This document shows, in pieces, positions 13,402-24,652 of a stretch of 64,000 nt of DNA (the first letter of the stretch is position 1; every line of letters starts with the position of its first letter). Both the position numbers and the translations under genes were made by a program. The DNA is taken from the NCBI RefSeq assembly GCF_003704095.1, contig NW_020847478.1, positions 1 through 64,000 of the forward strand. The letters run 5' to 3'. The notes under the pieces are model-generated. The model did no database searches. It had not been told where the DNA came from and saw nothing but the letters and a program-made list of their open reading frames with translations. Source of the DNA: Pocillopora damicornis (lineage: Eukaryota).

Positions 13402-16399
13402 ATGCAAATATTTTGTGTAGTAATCTTTCTGACAGTTAGAATGGACAGGACTGCCACTCATTTATTGTTACTCTTTTTTATACGTTTTCTTTTTCCTAGC
13501 CGACGCCAAGCCAGACAAATCCTTGCAAACCAACCGAATACTGGGTTGAAAAGGAAGATGGCTCACAAGAGTGTATAGCATGCGGAACTTGCCCAGAAGG
13601 ACAAGGTCTCTCAACGGAATGTGGGAGTTCTGAACTGCTGCCTTCTAATACCATGGTGAAGTGTTTGGCATGCACCAAAGGAGTTTCATTTTCCAGATAT
13701 GAAGATTCGTCCATTTGCCTTCCTTGTGCATCATGCTCTAAAGGTCAGGTGGTAGAACAAAGGTGCTCTCCCAAGTGGGATGTCAAGTGCGCAAATAAAT
13801 GTTCCAGCAAGGACAGGTACAATTATTATTACAATTATTCATTAATTGTCCCAGAATTGATCATTGCAAGCGTTTTAATTGTTAGGTGAATATACTCGGA
13901 GTCTTTGGTGATTATTTTGTACGTGCAGTGTGTAGTTCTAATACTGGAACAGGCATAAACTGTGGGAATCGTTAAAGATAACTTACCACCAATACTGATA
14001 TCTCTAAGCCATCATAATATTTACAGAAAATTTTATGTTAGTTCAGTGGCGTGCCAGCGATTATATAAAAGTTATCACTATTTCACTGGTTAGGTATTAT
14101 GATATGGACAAGGGGGACTGTTTTAAGTGCTCAAGATGCTGTGGCGATGATAGAGATGTGGTGGTAAAAGAGTGCAAAGAGAAGTTGGGAGATGGCTCAA
14201 ACATGGTTTGTTCATTCGACAGCAGTGTGAACCGCTGTGGCAAAACAACGCCTCAACCAACAACTATCATTAGCCATGTCGACCCCAAACACGATGGTCC
14301 TTATACCACTCAAAAAAGTGATCATTCCACTAAAGCGAACAATCGGACAACAACTGTTATTCTTGTGGTGATAATAGTTGTTTTCGCTTTTTGTGTTTGT
14401 TCATGCGTTTTCAAGAAGAGACTGGCACAGATGTTGAGTTGCTGTTATCGTACTGTTGAAGTGGAAGACCATCATGATTTATCAGTCATGGAGGACGGAT
14501 CATCGACTGACGGAAAGGGTGGTAAGACTGTGTAGCTTTCCTTTGAGTTCGTTCTAATAGTGTCCATTATTCAAATATTGACCTGGATGAAACTCATGAA
14601 AAATAATGTTGGAAAGTCTGGCCACTAAGATGTACCCAATTGAACCAACAAAGCTCTCAGTATCTCCATAGAATTCTCCTCTCAAAAGTGATCTTTTAGG
14701 GTGTAGTTTCATTTAAGACGTCGTCGGTTGATAGCCTAACAATATTCAAATGTAAGCATACTTCATATAGCAACATAGGAAAAGTAAGCATTCGGGAACA
14801 ACATTTCTCTTTATCTCTTTTGCTAACTACAACAGTCCTCGAGATGCAGGTTGATTAAATTCCACTCACTTTTGTAGGTGATTAACCCTCTCTTGTCAAA
14901 CTCATTAATCAAACCGACTCTGTGACATGCCCCAGACTTTGCGTTGGCAGATACTGATTCTGTTACATTCATTCATGTCTGAAATGCTTCCTCCAAGCCT
15001 GTCACATTCATAGTTTTGTATATTATAATCTTTCCAGTAGAAAATGCTAAAGAAAACTTAGAAGAGAGTGATGAGTCATATGAGTTAGGAGAAGTTCATT
15101 CAGTTGCAGAGGAACCCTTGTTGAAAGAGGTATGCAAAAGAATAGTTTTCTACCTTAAAGTTCATCATAGGTTAAGTTTACACGCGGTATATTAAGCTCT
15201 TCCCGTCAAATGCATAGCTATTGGACCTCTACGACCAGTTCAATCGTCAAGCATATTTAGAACTTAAGCATTGCCTTGAGTCTGAGGCATTGTCAGAAAT
15301 CGAGATACAAATGAGGTACAACTAAATATGTGAAGATATTAAAATTGAGAAAAGATGTGCTTTAACATATGCATGCTCAATGAAAAATTCAATTTTCCAG
15401 AGTACGTTGTAACTTATGAAGGAGCCGTAAAATTGCCCTTCATTTATGCTCAGGTACACACTTTAATGATCCTCTTAACTTAAAGAGTTTGAAAATAGTC
15501 ATAAATTAATTTTAGTTCCTCTTTGTTAAAGGGTATTCCCGAAATCTTGGACGACACTGTAACCACCAAAGAGAAAGGTGTGATAGAACTTCAGTTGGAT
15601 AGAGACTTTGAACTTACTGTCAGGGGAATTTATTGTTAATCGGGACTTTTAAATTCTTGATTTTCATCAACCAAAAGCCATTGGTGCCATTAGGGACAAG
15701 ATAGCCCGATATTAATTTATCTGTTTGAGTAAATACTATTTAATCGGAGGTTTCTTATCTTCATGATTTGTAACACCTAATAGTTTCAAATACTATGCAG
15801 CGATTAAGAGTTGGAACAAAATGAACCCAGATAAAGGGACAAATTTCTTGCAAACGTTCTACTCTTTGATATAGCTGCTTCACCAATAGAGACCCTTAAT
15901 GGAAAAGATAAAAGCTAAAAATGATTTGAGACAGAGGAGTGGAAAACTCTCTGGGTGGTTGGAAGAAGACATAAGATGTTATTTTGTTTGGGGGGGGGGG
16001 AGAACCAAGAAATGAAATGTAATACGAGTAAACCCCTATGATGGAGGTTGTAATGTTGTCTATGTTTGACTGTCTTTCCTTATTGCAGGTTCCAAGCTAC
16101 TTAGCAGCTTGTTGGATAGTGAGTCTTACCAGTACTTAAAGAAAATCTGTGATCGTTTGGACACAACCATGGCAGGCGCTGGTGACTATCGCGATGTCTG
16201 TTCGTATTATGGTATTGATCGTTATGGGATTGCCTCAATTTATGAGAAGCAGAGGGATGGGCCATCCAGAGCTCTAATCGATTACTTGGCAGCCACACAT
16301 GAACAGCTAACAGTGGCTGAGTTTGTAACTGTGGTGAGAAAAGTAGCAAAGAGAGGTGATGTCGCAAAGCTGTTAGAGGAGTATGAAGAGGAGTTGTGA
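13402..16399 (+). CDS. G2: TNFR-superfamily death receptor (signal peptide, CRDs, TM, DD). Exons 13402..13434 (upstream in-frame ATG at 13315 possible), 13500..13816, 14094..14521, 15038..15129, 15532..15577, 16089..16399
   Basis: MQIFCVVIFLT|PTPSQTNPCKPTEYW..CIACGTCPEGQGLSTECG..CLACTKG..CLPCASCSKG..CFKCSRCCGDD; TM VILVVIIVVFAFCVCSCVF; DD exon ICDRLD..GDYRDVCSYYGI..GPSRALIDYL..LTVAEFV..RGDVAKLLE. GT-AG introns with consistent phases (0,2,1,0,1). Confidence 0.85.
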
Positions 16400-18269
16400 G
16401 AAAGAATGGCAAGGTTTTTTCATTACCGATAGTGTCATTTTCATTTCTTGTTCTACTAAATCAGTATTTGAGATCGTTGTAATTCTAAAGAGTTGCATTT
16501 TCTGATATAAATTTTATGTAGCCTCGGGTACTGAAAAGGACCCAAATTTAAAGGAGATGTCTTGATTAGCATGAATTCAATGTTATCTTCAATTTATTAA
16601 TGATTTAAATGTTAGAGCTATTTATGTACTTGCAAACGTAAATTTTAGATTACTGATTGTCTTGTTGTTTCACGTTGAATCGTTAACAAGGCAAAAGAGG
16701 GCAAACACCTTTTCTACGCTGCTTTGAGGCTAGTTACCTGTTACCTACCGCGAGGACACTGAATCCACCAGATAGTCCTTACCGGAAATGAAATCCCTTC
16801 CAAGTAGTTTTTAGATTCTAGTAGTCTCCAATTAAGCGTCGACAAATCAAAACCATAACAACCACACTGGCTAAAAAAAACAACGGTTATCAGAAACCAA
16901 TGAGAACTTAAAGTAAACGCAGGCAAACCACTTGAAGCGCGAGATAACGTGGGTGTCCGACTTGCGATTGGCTACTTCTTTGCATTTAATTGTTTGGTAC
17001 GTTAGCGCACCGAACGAAGTAAAGCAAAAAAATAATGCAATCCCATATTTTTTTGACGATGATTAAACTGAACAAAATTTTTTACTTTGTTCTGTTTAGA
17101 TCTAAGCACCATTAAGGCACTCATTTAAGAGCAATTTTTTTCTCATTTTTAGTTATATTTTTTAAATCACTGGTTAGTTTTTATTTTTGTATACCAGAAA
17201 CGCTACTTTTTTCGTTTTGTGTCAATGATAGAGTTATGTTACGTATTTAACAGTTAAAGATGTATTTGTGGTCACCCTTGCAAATGTTTCCGTGTTTAAT
17301 TTGATTTTAAGGGAGCGGAGAGGTCAAACCGCATTAAAAGTTTCATGCAGTAACAAATATTTTCCTTTAACCTCCAAGCTGAATCGTATTAGTTATTCAG
17401 CTTTCTAACTGCTAAGAAGTGCTTGGAGTGTCATGTCCGTTTACGTCAATTGTTTTTGCGTTTGAAATCGTTATCGTTATCATATACTATGTCATTTGTC
17501 TGCGAGAGTCACATTTTCGTATCTGAAACGGAATTGCAGAAGTTGCATAGCAAGTGTTTTTTCTTTTTCAAAGTCTTTCATTTCTATCCGCCGCTGAGAT
17601 AAAGATGCAACCCAGACGTTGTCTGACCGAAACTAATTTTGATTGATCTTCCCTAATCCTCTTATTATATTATGAGGATTAATGTCTTCTTAATAGGGAG
17701 TTCAAAGAACTAATGATGATATTATGAATAAAAACTATGAGGGTACTTTTTACCTTTTGTTTTCTTTGCAACCAAATCTCTGATTCCACGTTGCGAAGTG
17801 TTTGAGAATCCTGCGTGCGAATTTACGGTTGATATCCATGAAGCCTGGAAATATTCGAGTTTTGATTTTTGTGGATTTTCCGGTTGTCCTTAATCCCCAT
17901 TAATCCCCATAGGAAAAGAGAAAATTTCGCCATTTACCTTCAATTAAACCAGGGTGGATCAAGTGTCTTTCGTATTATTGAGGTCGAAATCGCTTGAAAT
18001 GCTCATTCATGACTAATCTACCATGTCGCTTTCCTCTCTATAGCTCAACAGGTTAGACAATTTTACAACATCAGGGTTCTTTCCTTGTTCGCGTTGTACT
18101 CATCAATATTAATTTCCAGAAATTTGGGCGATCTCGAACCATAATAAGTAGTTTGCTTAAACATACACGTGCTAATTCCCGTCTCGACATGGAGGCGACG
18201 TGGGCTGCCGCAACTTCCTGCTTCATTTCTTCACATGCCCATGGCTAAGCTTGGGGAAATTTCTCAACT

Positions 18270-19110
18270 CTTGATTACAGAGGAATTTGAACGTATCCAA
18301 AAAAGCCTTTCATTCCAAATTTGAAGAAAACCTATACGTAAACATGACTTCAAACGCTGCTATAAGTGAGTTATCCACTCATACGAAAATGCTTTCGGAC
18401 ACGTGTTCACACATACTTTTTGCCGCGGGAAATGCTACGGAAAACAGAATGTTCATTGGCGTGTTTAATCAAAGTTGAATATCGCGTTTTTCTGGTGTTA
18501 GCCGACCCGTGGTAACACATAGAAAATACTGTGTTACAACAACCTAGAAAATCAGTGGAAACATTTAGGAAAACGGAATGTTAGCCCGGGTAATGCTTGC
18601 GCTGAAAAACAAGTGTCGAATATCACCTCATTAACCGCTTCAGGAAAACACTAAACAGACACCGTGATAACCCACGCTGGATAACCGATGTAGAACTGTC
18701 AACAAAACACAGTGTACAGATGAGTTTTCCAGGCCCTGGAAGCCCTGTCGTTAACGCTATGTTTTCCCATAGTGAATATGCCACGCGTTCTCCGCAAAAA
18801 TGAAAACGAAATTTGAACGAGACATTTTCCCGGTATTCACTGTTTGGTTTAATTGTGGGAACGAGGGAATTCTTTTGCCGTGTAACGTTCAAGTTAAATA
18901 GATCGACTTCACATGTAGCGTAGCCTCGTGGAAATGGGAGTAAGATCCAAAATTCTCCTGCTTATGGTGTGGACGCGTTTCGATCAGAACTTGGAAATTG
19001 AGGGAGGATGTAAAGCAAGGCCTGGTCGAAAGAGTAGAACTGGGTCAAAAGAGAGTTGGTGAGGGTGATTGCGTTCGCATTCAATGGAGTCTTACAAATC
19101 CGTGCTAAAT
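18270..19110 (+). pseudogene. Possible decayed Mab-21/cGAS-like (cGLR) nucleotidyltransferase fragment; inverted copy at ~36300..37040 (-)
   Basis: Across frameshifts: ILFAAGNATENRMF../KVEYRVFLVL resembles hGSx(9-13)EhDh. In the partner copy, ILDAEKLVSNIINHFRKTL..GPGTPAMNVMF..QICSAFSV resembles the cGAS/Mab21 core. The catalytic residues are degenerate. Confidence 0.3.
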
Positions 19111-19197
19111 TCTGAGATTCTCCTTTCGATTGACTGATACCACCTCCCACCCCTTTTTGTTTCACCGTGTCTTGTTACCGTTGGGATTTCTTTGGGA

Positions 19198-19205
19198 TGA
19201 CGTCA
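19198..19205. promoter_or_regulatory. Perfect CRE palindrome TGACGTCA ~430 bp upstream of the G3 ATG
   Basis: Retained in the inverted copy (36178..36185). The variant TTACGTCA lies at a similar distance upstream of paralog G5 (46066..46073). Confidence 0.45.
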
Positions 19206-19631
19206 ACTGCCTTATTTTGGCAGTATAAGATTTCCCACATGGTCTAATCCAGTACCAACCGGTAGGCATTTTGCTTGTCAGCATATTTTTAAACATCTCG
19301 CTACTGAGCGGAACGAATGAGCTTCTACCGATTCTAATCATTACAAGATATTATTCATGTATCAAAAGTCTCAATTTGTTCAGCAAGATTCGACAAAAAA
19401 TTAAATGAAGACTGCACCGTAAGTATAGTGTTACTGTTCTTTCAAAAATCTCTTGATCGTTAAACGATTTGAAACCGGCATACTGTGACCTGTCTCGTTA
19501 CACAGTATCTTTTCATATCTCAAGCTTTGTAACTGTGCAAATTGCTTTACTTGACGAGAGTTTGCTACTTCGGACATAATATCCACGGAAACCTTGCCAA
19601 GTCGAGTGGACTGGAGAAGTGCTCCTGAACC

Positions 19632-20958
19632 ATGTGCTCCGTTGGAATATTAACGAAGACCGTAATTATTGCAGTTGTGGTAAGTTCACATTCTGTTTAT
19701 TCCAGGCTGGCAAAATTCAAGCGATGGATTAAATGCATATTGTTTCATTCAGATAGTTTGTGTTATAACCAGTAGAGAACGACGGAAATAATTATTTCTT
19801 GATATTGCTACCTATGACATGTGAGGTAAATTTCATGACATAGACCGGTAGTATTGAGCATATGAGATCGACTTCCCTTTTCCCTTATTTTTCCCTTTGA
19901 AATGCTAACTGTATACTGATTACCATGGGATAAGGAAAAAACGCTGATCTGGCGGTAACTGAGGAGGTAGACACTGTTCCAATAAAAGAAAATAAAGGTT
20001 CCTTCTTTTTCAGCTCCAAGCAAAAGGAAGAGATTGCTTGGGCTGTAAAGGTGATGAGATCACCTGGCGTAGGGATAAACCAGGAAAGAAAAACACGTGT
20101 ATACCGTGTATCGATTGCCCGGACGGAACTGAGCCGTCGATTCCTTGCGGAGGGACCGCCAAATATGGAACACACTTACATTGTGAGGCATGCAGGCAAG
20201 GAACCTATTCGGACAATTATGGAAAAGGGCCCTGTAAGCCATGCTCTCTATGCTCCGTTGGACGTACAGTGACAAGGAACTGTTCTGCGACGAAGAACGC
20301 TCAGTGTGGCTCTTGTAAATACGGCTATTACCAGAAAGTTGTCATCATGAACCTGCTTTTCTATTGCCTTCCGTGTTCTGTCTGCTGTGGGGACGGTAAA
20401 GATAAGGTAGAGAAGCAGTGCACAGATCAAGGGCTTCCAAGTCAACAACATTGCAAATTCAGAACCGCGCCCAGCTGTCAACTGTTGCGGACAACTTCAA
20501 AGATCACATCGAGCACTCCATTTCTAGGAGCAAATCATACGGCAAAGAAAGGAACAAGCCCAAAGGGACAATCAGAGGAAGCTTCTTCAGTTCCTTCATC
20601 AAGAACACCGAAGCCGTATGCAAGAACCACTGCCATAACCGCAAAACGACATGAAAAGTTAGCTGCTTCCCAGTATGGAACAAGTTCAGCCTTAGAAGGA
20701 TTCCACGGCAATAAATCAAAGGGATCTTTTTCCGATAGAAGTGTCGATATTAATAATGGCAATGGTATTGTCGTTTCTCCTTTGTATGGGATTCCCGTTA
20801 TTTTCATTGCAATAATTGTAATTGTTCTTAAGCGGAACAAGCTTGCAAGCTTCTTTGAAAGGACGAGGTGTGGTCCTATCCTGAGGTGTAGAGACGCTGA
20901 ACTCGGTAAACAAATAGAGAGTACTTGGTTGGATGTTGTGCCATTAGGAGGTAGGTGA
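19632..20958 (+). CDS. G3: TNFR-superfamily receptor (TROY/XEDAR-like CRDs, TM) with no visible DD exon. Exons 19632..19679 and 20014..20950 (donor) or ..20958 (read-through stop)
   Basis: Signal exon MCSVGILTKTVIIAVV|gtaagt; acceptor ttttcag|LQAKGRDC. CRDs CIPCIDCPDGTEPSIPCG..CEACRQGTYSD..CKPCSLC..CSATKNAQCGSCKYGYY..CLPCSVCCGDG; TM YGIPVIFIAIIVIVL. Phase-1 donor G|GTAGGT at 20951. An N gap follows at 21518. Confidence 0.8.
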
Positions 20959-21273
20959 ATTTGCACTATTTTGAACACGGTCAAATGATGGCAAATTACT
21001 CAGTCGTTGAGACACTTTCTTAAAGGACTAAGCAGTCAGGACAAAAACGCCGGGGAAGACGGTGATTAAAAAAATTTATATATATTTTTAACAAGAATTT
21101 CGTGAATGGCTAGATTTGTGAACTAGTCTTTTGGCGCTAAGCCTCAACTTACGAATAACGTACGTAAACAGTGCTGAGTTCCAAATGGAAACTTAAATAA
21201 TTTTTTGTCGAGGCTTCCGTTATCAGCTTTGACTCGTCCTTGGTGCAGTCGCTTTCGTAGTTTGCTTTAAGTC

Positions 21274-21350
21274 CCATTTTTGTGCCGCCAGCCAGAATTA
21301 TTGGCGGAAAGTGCCATTTTTGTACCGCCAGCCAGAATTATTGGCGGAAA
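21274..21350 (+). repeat. 40-bp tandem duplication
   Basis: ccatttttgt(g/a)ccgccagccagaattattggcggaaa occurs twice. Confidence 0.85.
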
Positions 21351-21673
21351 TTAGACCTTTAATATCAATCTATAGGTACAGCTGTTTCATGTTTAAGACA
21401 CAGATAATGACATAGATTGCTAAAAGCGAGGAGTGGTGAACATGTGCTTTGTGTACGACTTGACAAAACGGGTTTCATTTCAATTATCAATTAAATGCTA
21501 ACAGTGTAATATTTTCGNNNNNNNNNNNNNNNNNNNNNNNNNNNNNNNNNNNNNNNNNNNNNNNNNNNNNNNNNNNNNNNNNNNNNNNNNNNNNNNNNNN
21601 NNNNNNNNNNNNNNNNNTTTCCTCTGCTACACTTTCGTCGGTGTAATAACAGTAAAGGATAATATTGTAATAA

Positions 21674-22407
21674 TCATAAGAAATAGGACTGGTACCTTTC
21701 ATTTTCGCTCATTATAGAGAGCGACTGCAACATATAATTTNNNNNNNNNNNNNNNNNNNNNNNNNNNNNNNNNNNNNNNNNNNNNNNNNNNNNNNNNNNN
21801 NNNNNNNNNNNNNNNNNNNNNNNNNNNNNNNNNNNNNNNNNNNNNNNNNNNNNNNNNNNNNNNNNNNNNNNNNNNNNNNNNNNNNNNNGCCATATCCAGC
21901 GACAGACTCCTTCGCATGCCGTTTCCTCTTCTTTTACCTCTGAAAATACTTTGAGAAGGCCGGTGCCTTTACCACCAACTTCGGCGGGAACAGGATGGGT
22001 ATCTACAATAAAGAAGCAGTCGCTTGCAAGGCCAATTATGAAGACTAATGGCTCACAGGTGTAGATGGCAACGCAAAAATCTTNNNNNNNNNNNNNNNNN
22101 NNNNNNNNATGGACAAGGTTAGTCTGCCCTTTTTGGGAGAATACGAAGTCGCTCTCCAAGATTTCTTCGGAAAAATCGTACTTGCCAACTTCAGCACCAA
22201 CACTCCGTATCAGTTGGTACGCCGACAGAACATCGTAGAGTTCCTCACAATTCCTGTATGGATTTACCACTCGGGGGAACTCTGTGATGACATTTTCTGC
22301 CACTTCGCAAATATTTTGCCACAGCTTCTTACTACCCCCAATTGCTTCTTCTCGGAACTTACGTATTTCATGAGCAATTTTTACACATAGAAAGGCACAG
22401 GCATTAG
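21674..22407 (-). CDS. Papain-fold cysteine protease domain resembling herpes-tegument-like deubiquitinases (C76/VTD type), partial and interrupted by gaps; probably transposon cargo
   Basis: NDGTNACAFLC (catalytic Cys) and FFIVDTHP (Asp-x-His). No stop codons in the sequenced parts. An inverted paralog lies at 24084..24652. Confidence 0.55.
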
Positions 22408-22979
22408 TTCCATCATTATCCGGAAATTNNNNNNNNNNNNNNNNNNNNNNNNNNNNNNNNNNNNNNNNNNNNNNNNNNNNNNNNNNNNNNNNNNNNNNNN
22501 NNNNNNNNNNNNNNNNNNNNNNNNNNNNNNNNNNNNNNNNNNNNNNNNNNNNNNNNNNCATTATAAGTTTATTTTAGCTTGTTTTATCTGATGTTCGAGG
22601 GCTTTTTTAGGAGACAAGGACGACAAGACTGTCACCACGCATTGGAAATATTCCACTTTCCCAACAAATACTTCTCCAAATTCCTTTTTGCCNNNNNNNN
22701 NNNNNNNNNNNNNNNNNNNNNNNNNNNNNNNNNNNNNNNNNNNNNNNNNNNNNNNNNNNNNNNNNNNNNNNNNNNNNNNNNNNNNNNNNNNNTGAAGAAG
22801 TTACGCGCTTCTGATTACGCACCCGTCGCACACCCCTTTCTTACGAACAAGAGATCTTGTGTCGCATTTGCGCAAGTTCCACGTGTTGCAAGAAGTTTGC
22901 TTTTTGCTCGCTTTGTGTGCTGTTGAATCAGGCAGGATTATGGCTTTTCAGTTTCCTTTTCTTGAGCCCGACCATCATC

Positions 22980-23860
22980 TTTTCAGGTCTGCCAGTCTGT
23001 AATTTCAAGTGTTTGACAAACAAGGAAATCATTCATAAGGGTGCTTATGGTACTTTGTTCACTGCTGACTGGCAGACTCTTCCTGGTGCGGGTGGGAAAT
23101 CGGCCGCCGCGGAGAAAGTCGTCGCTAAGAAATTGCTCGACGAGGACATACTGGATAAGAAAACGTTTGTAAAGGAAGGAAGAATCATTCAAGAGTTGAA
23201 ACATCCAAACATTGTGAAGTTCAAGGGAATCTGCAATAACCCGTTTGCCCTCATTCTCGGATATGTGTATTTCGATTTCCAACCATTCGGTTTCGAGTCA
23301 AAAGTTAGCTTCCTTGCAGAATTTCTTGGTGTTCTTGAGTGCTCCGATTGCGACGGTTTCGTCACCCCTCAAGTCATCTCCAACATTTTCAAGGACGTAG
23401 CATTGGGTCTTAAACATCTACGCGTCAAAAGTGTCGCCCATCGTGATTTAAAGCCGGCTAACATCTTGGCCACCAATCAATACTACTGTTAACTGACTGC
23501 AAGTGATCAGAGAGAAGTCTGGGAACAGTGCCCTTTGATTTTACCGCTGGCATAGGGAGAAAATCTTAAGAGAGCCGACATTTGGTCTTTAGACATGACC
23601 CTGTTTGTATTACTAAACCCTTGTGTCAGGTATCCTTACTGAGATACAAGCAGCCTTTAGAGAGGGGGAAACACCTCTGCAAGCACTAGGGGATTTTTCC
23701 AGTCATGACAAGAAAATTGCCAACAGAGCCATGCAAATATCAGATTTGGCTTAAGTGTGCTCCATTTGACCCTGATAAACAGCCAAAGGTTGAAGAAGTG
23801 GTTTCCATGATCAGCCAGGGATCTACCATGTTTACTCTTAATATTCCCTTGAAGGTTAGT
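22980..23860 (+). pseudogene. Protein kinase pseudogene (intronless), immediately upstream of a protease domain
   Basis: GAYGTLF (Gly loop), VVAKKL, FVKEGRIIQELKHPNIVKFKG, VAHRDLKPANIL, and later ADIWSL. The DFG/activation segment is deleted. There is a stop at 23490, plus frameshifts. Confidence 0.8.
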
Positions 23861-24083
23861 CATTTGCATTTTTTAGAAGGGAAATGTTTTTTAATCTTAT
23901 TAAGAGCGTCATCTTGTGAAAGGGTCATTAATATAACCCAGCCAGTCATTGAGCTTTGCAAATTTCCTGAAGAGTGCGAAGTGCACCGTGTAGGAAGTGA
24001 TTTAACAAAATTGAAGTTTGTTAAAATAAACCATTTTAACTTTGTGCAAAGAACCTTGTTCTTCTCTCTTACATGCGTCGCGC

Positions 24084-24652
24084 ATGCCTGTGCCTTTCTA
24101 CGCGTAAAATTGCTCATGAAATACATAAGTTCCACAAAGAAGCAATTGGAGGTAGTAAGAAGCTGTGGCAAATTATTTGCGAAGTGGCAGAAAAAGTCAT
24201 AACAGAGTTACTCCGTGTGTTAAATCCACACAGGAATTGTGAGGAACTCTACAATGTACTATCGGCGTACCAACTGATACGGAGTATTGGTCCTGAGATT
24301 AGCAAGTACGATTTTTCCGAGAGATCTTGGAGGGCGACTTCGAATTCTCCTAAAAAGGGCGGACTAACCTCGTCCATGCCTTATCTTCTATGTTATCGAA
24401 GAAAGATTTCTGCGTTGCCATCTACACCTGTGAACCACTGGTCTTCATAGTAGGCCTCGGAAGCGCCTGCTTCTTTATTGTAGACACTCATCCTGTTCCC
24501 ACTGAAGTTGGTGGTGAAGGCACCAGCATTCCAATAGTTTTTCCATGGGTAAAATAAGAGGAAACGGCATGCAAAGGAGTCTGTCGCTGGATATGGCAGC
24601 GCCTGCTTTTTAGAGGTGTAAAAAATAATACGTTGCAGTCGCTCCCTATATG
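24084..24652 (+). pseudogene. Second, decayed copy of the tegument-DUB-like cysteine protease domain
   Basis: ACAFL..KIAHEI..LSAYQLIRS..DFCVAIYTCEPLVF..FFIVDTHPVP..GVCRWIWQRL, with stops and frameshifts. It is an inverted repeat of 21620-22400. Confidence 0.7.

Larger units (their letters stand above)
15030..21517 (+). repeat. Left arm of a large inverted segmental duplication (partner 33909..39195)
   Basis: Colinear reverse-complement similarity in exons and non-coding DNA. The 15038 exon matches 39100-39190, 17440-21230 matches 37860-34120, and 21495-21517 matches 33909-33932. Confidence 0.9.

Noticed and set aside
18962-19165. Small ORF MKQKGVGGG.. conserved with 36218..36430
   Set aside because: The conservation is explained by the recent inverted duplication. 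It has a non-ATG start and no recognisable domain.
20051-20984. Several overlapping or antisense ORFs over TNFR exons (also at 29.3-30.0, 35.1-35.5, 47.0-48.0, 53.9-54.3 and 61.0-61.9 kb)
   Set aside because: They are shadow frames of the real cysteine-rich exons.
21274-21350. Short direct repeats (also 53445..53558) as a possible CRISPR-like array
   Set aside because: Each has only two adjacent units with no unique spacers, in a eukaryotic context with no cas genes.
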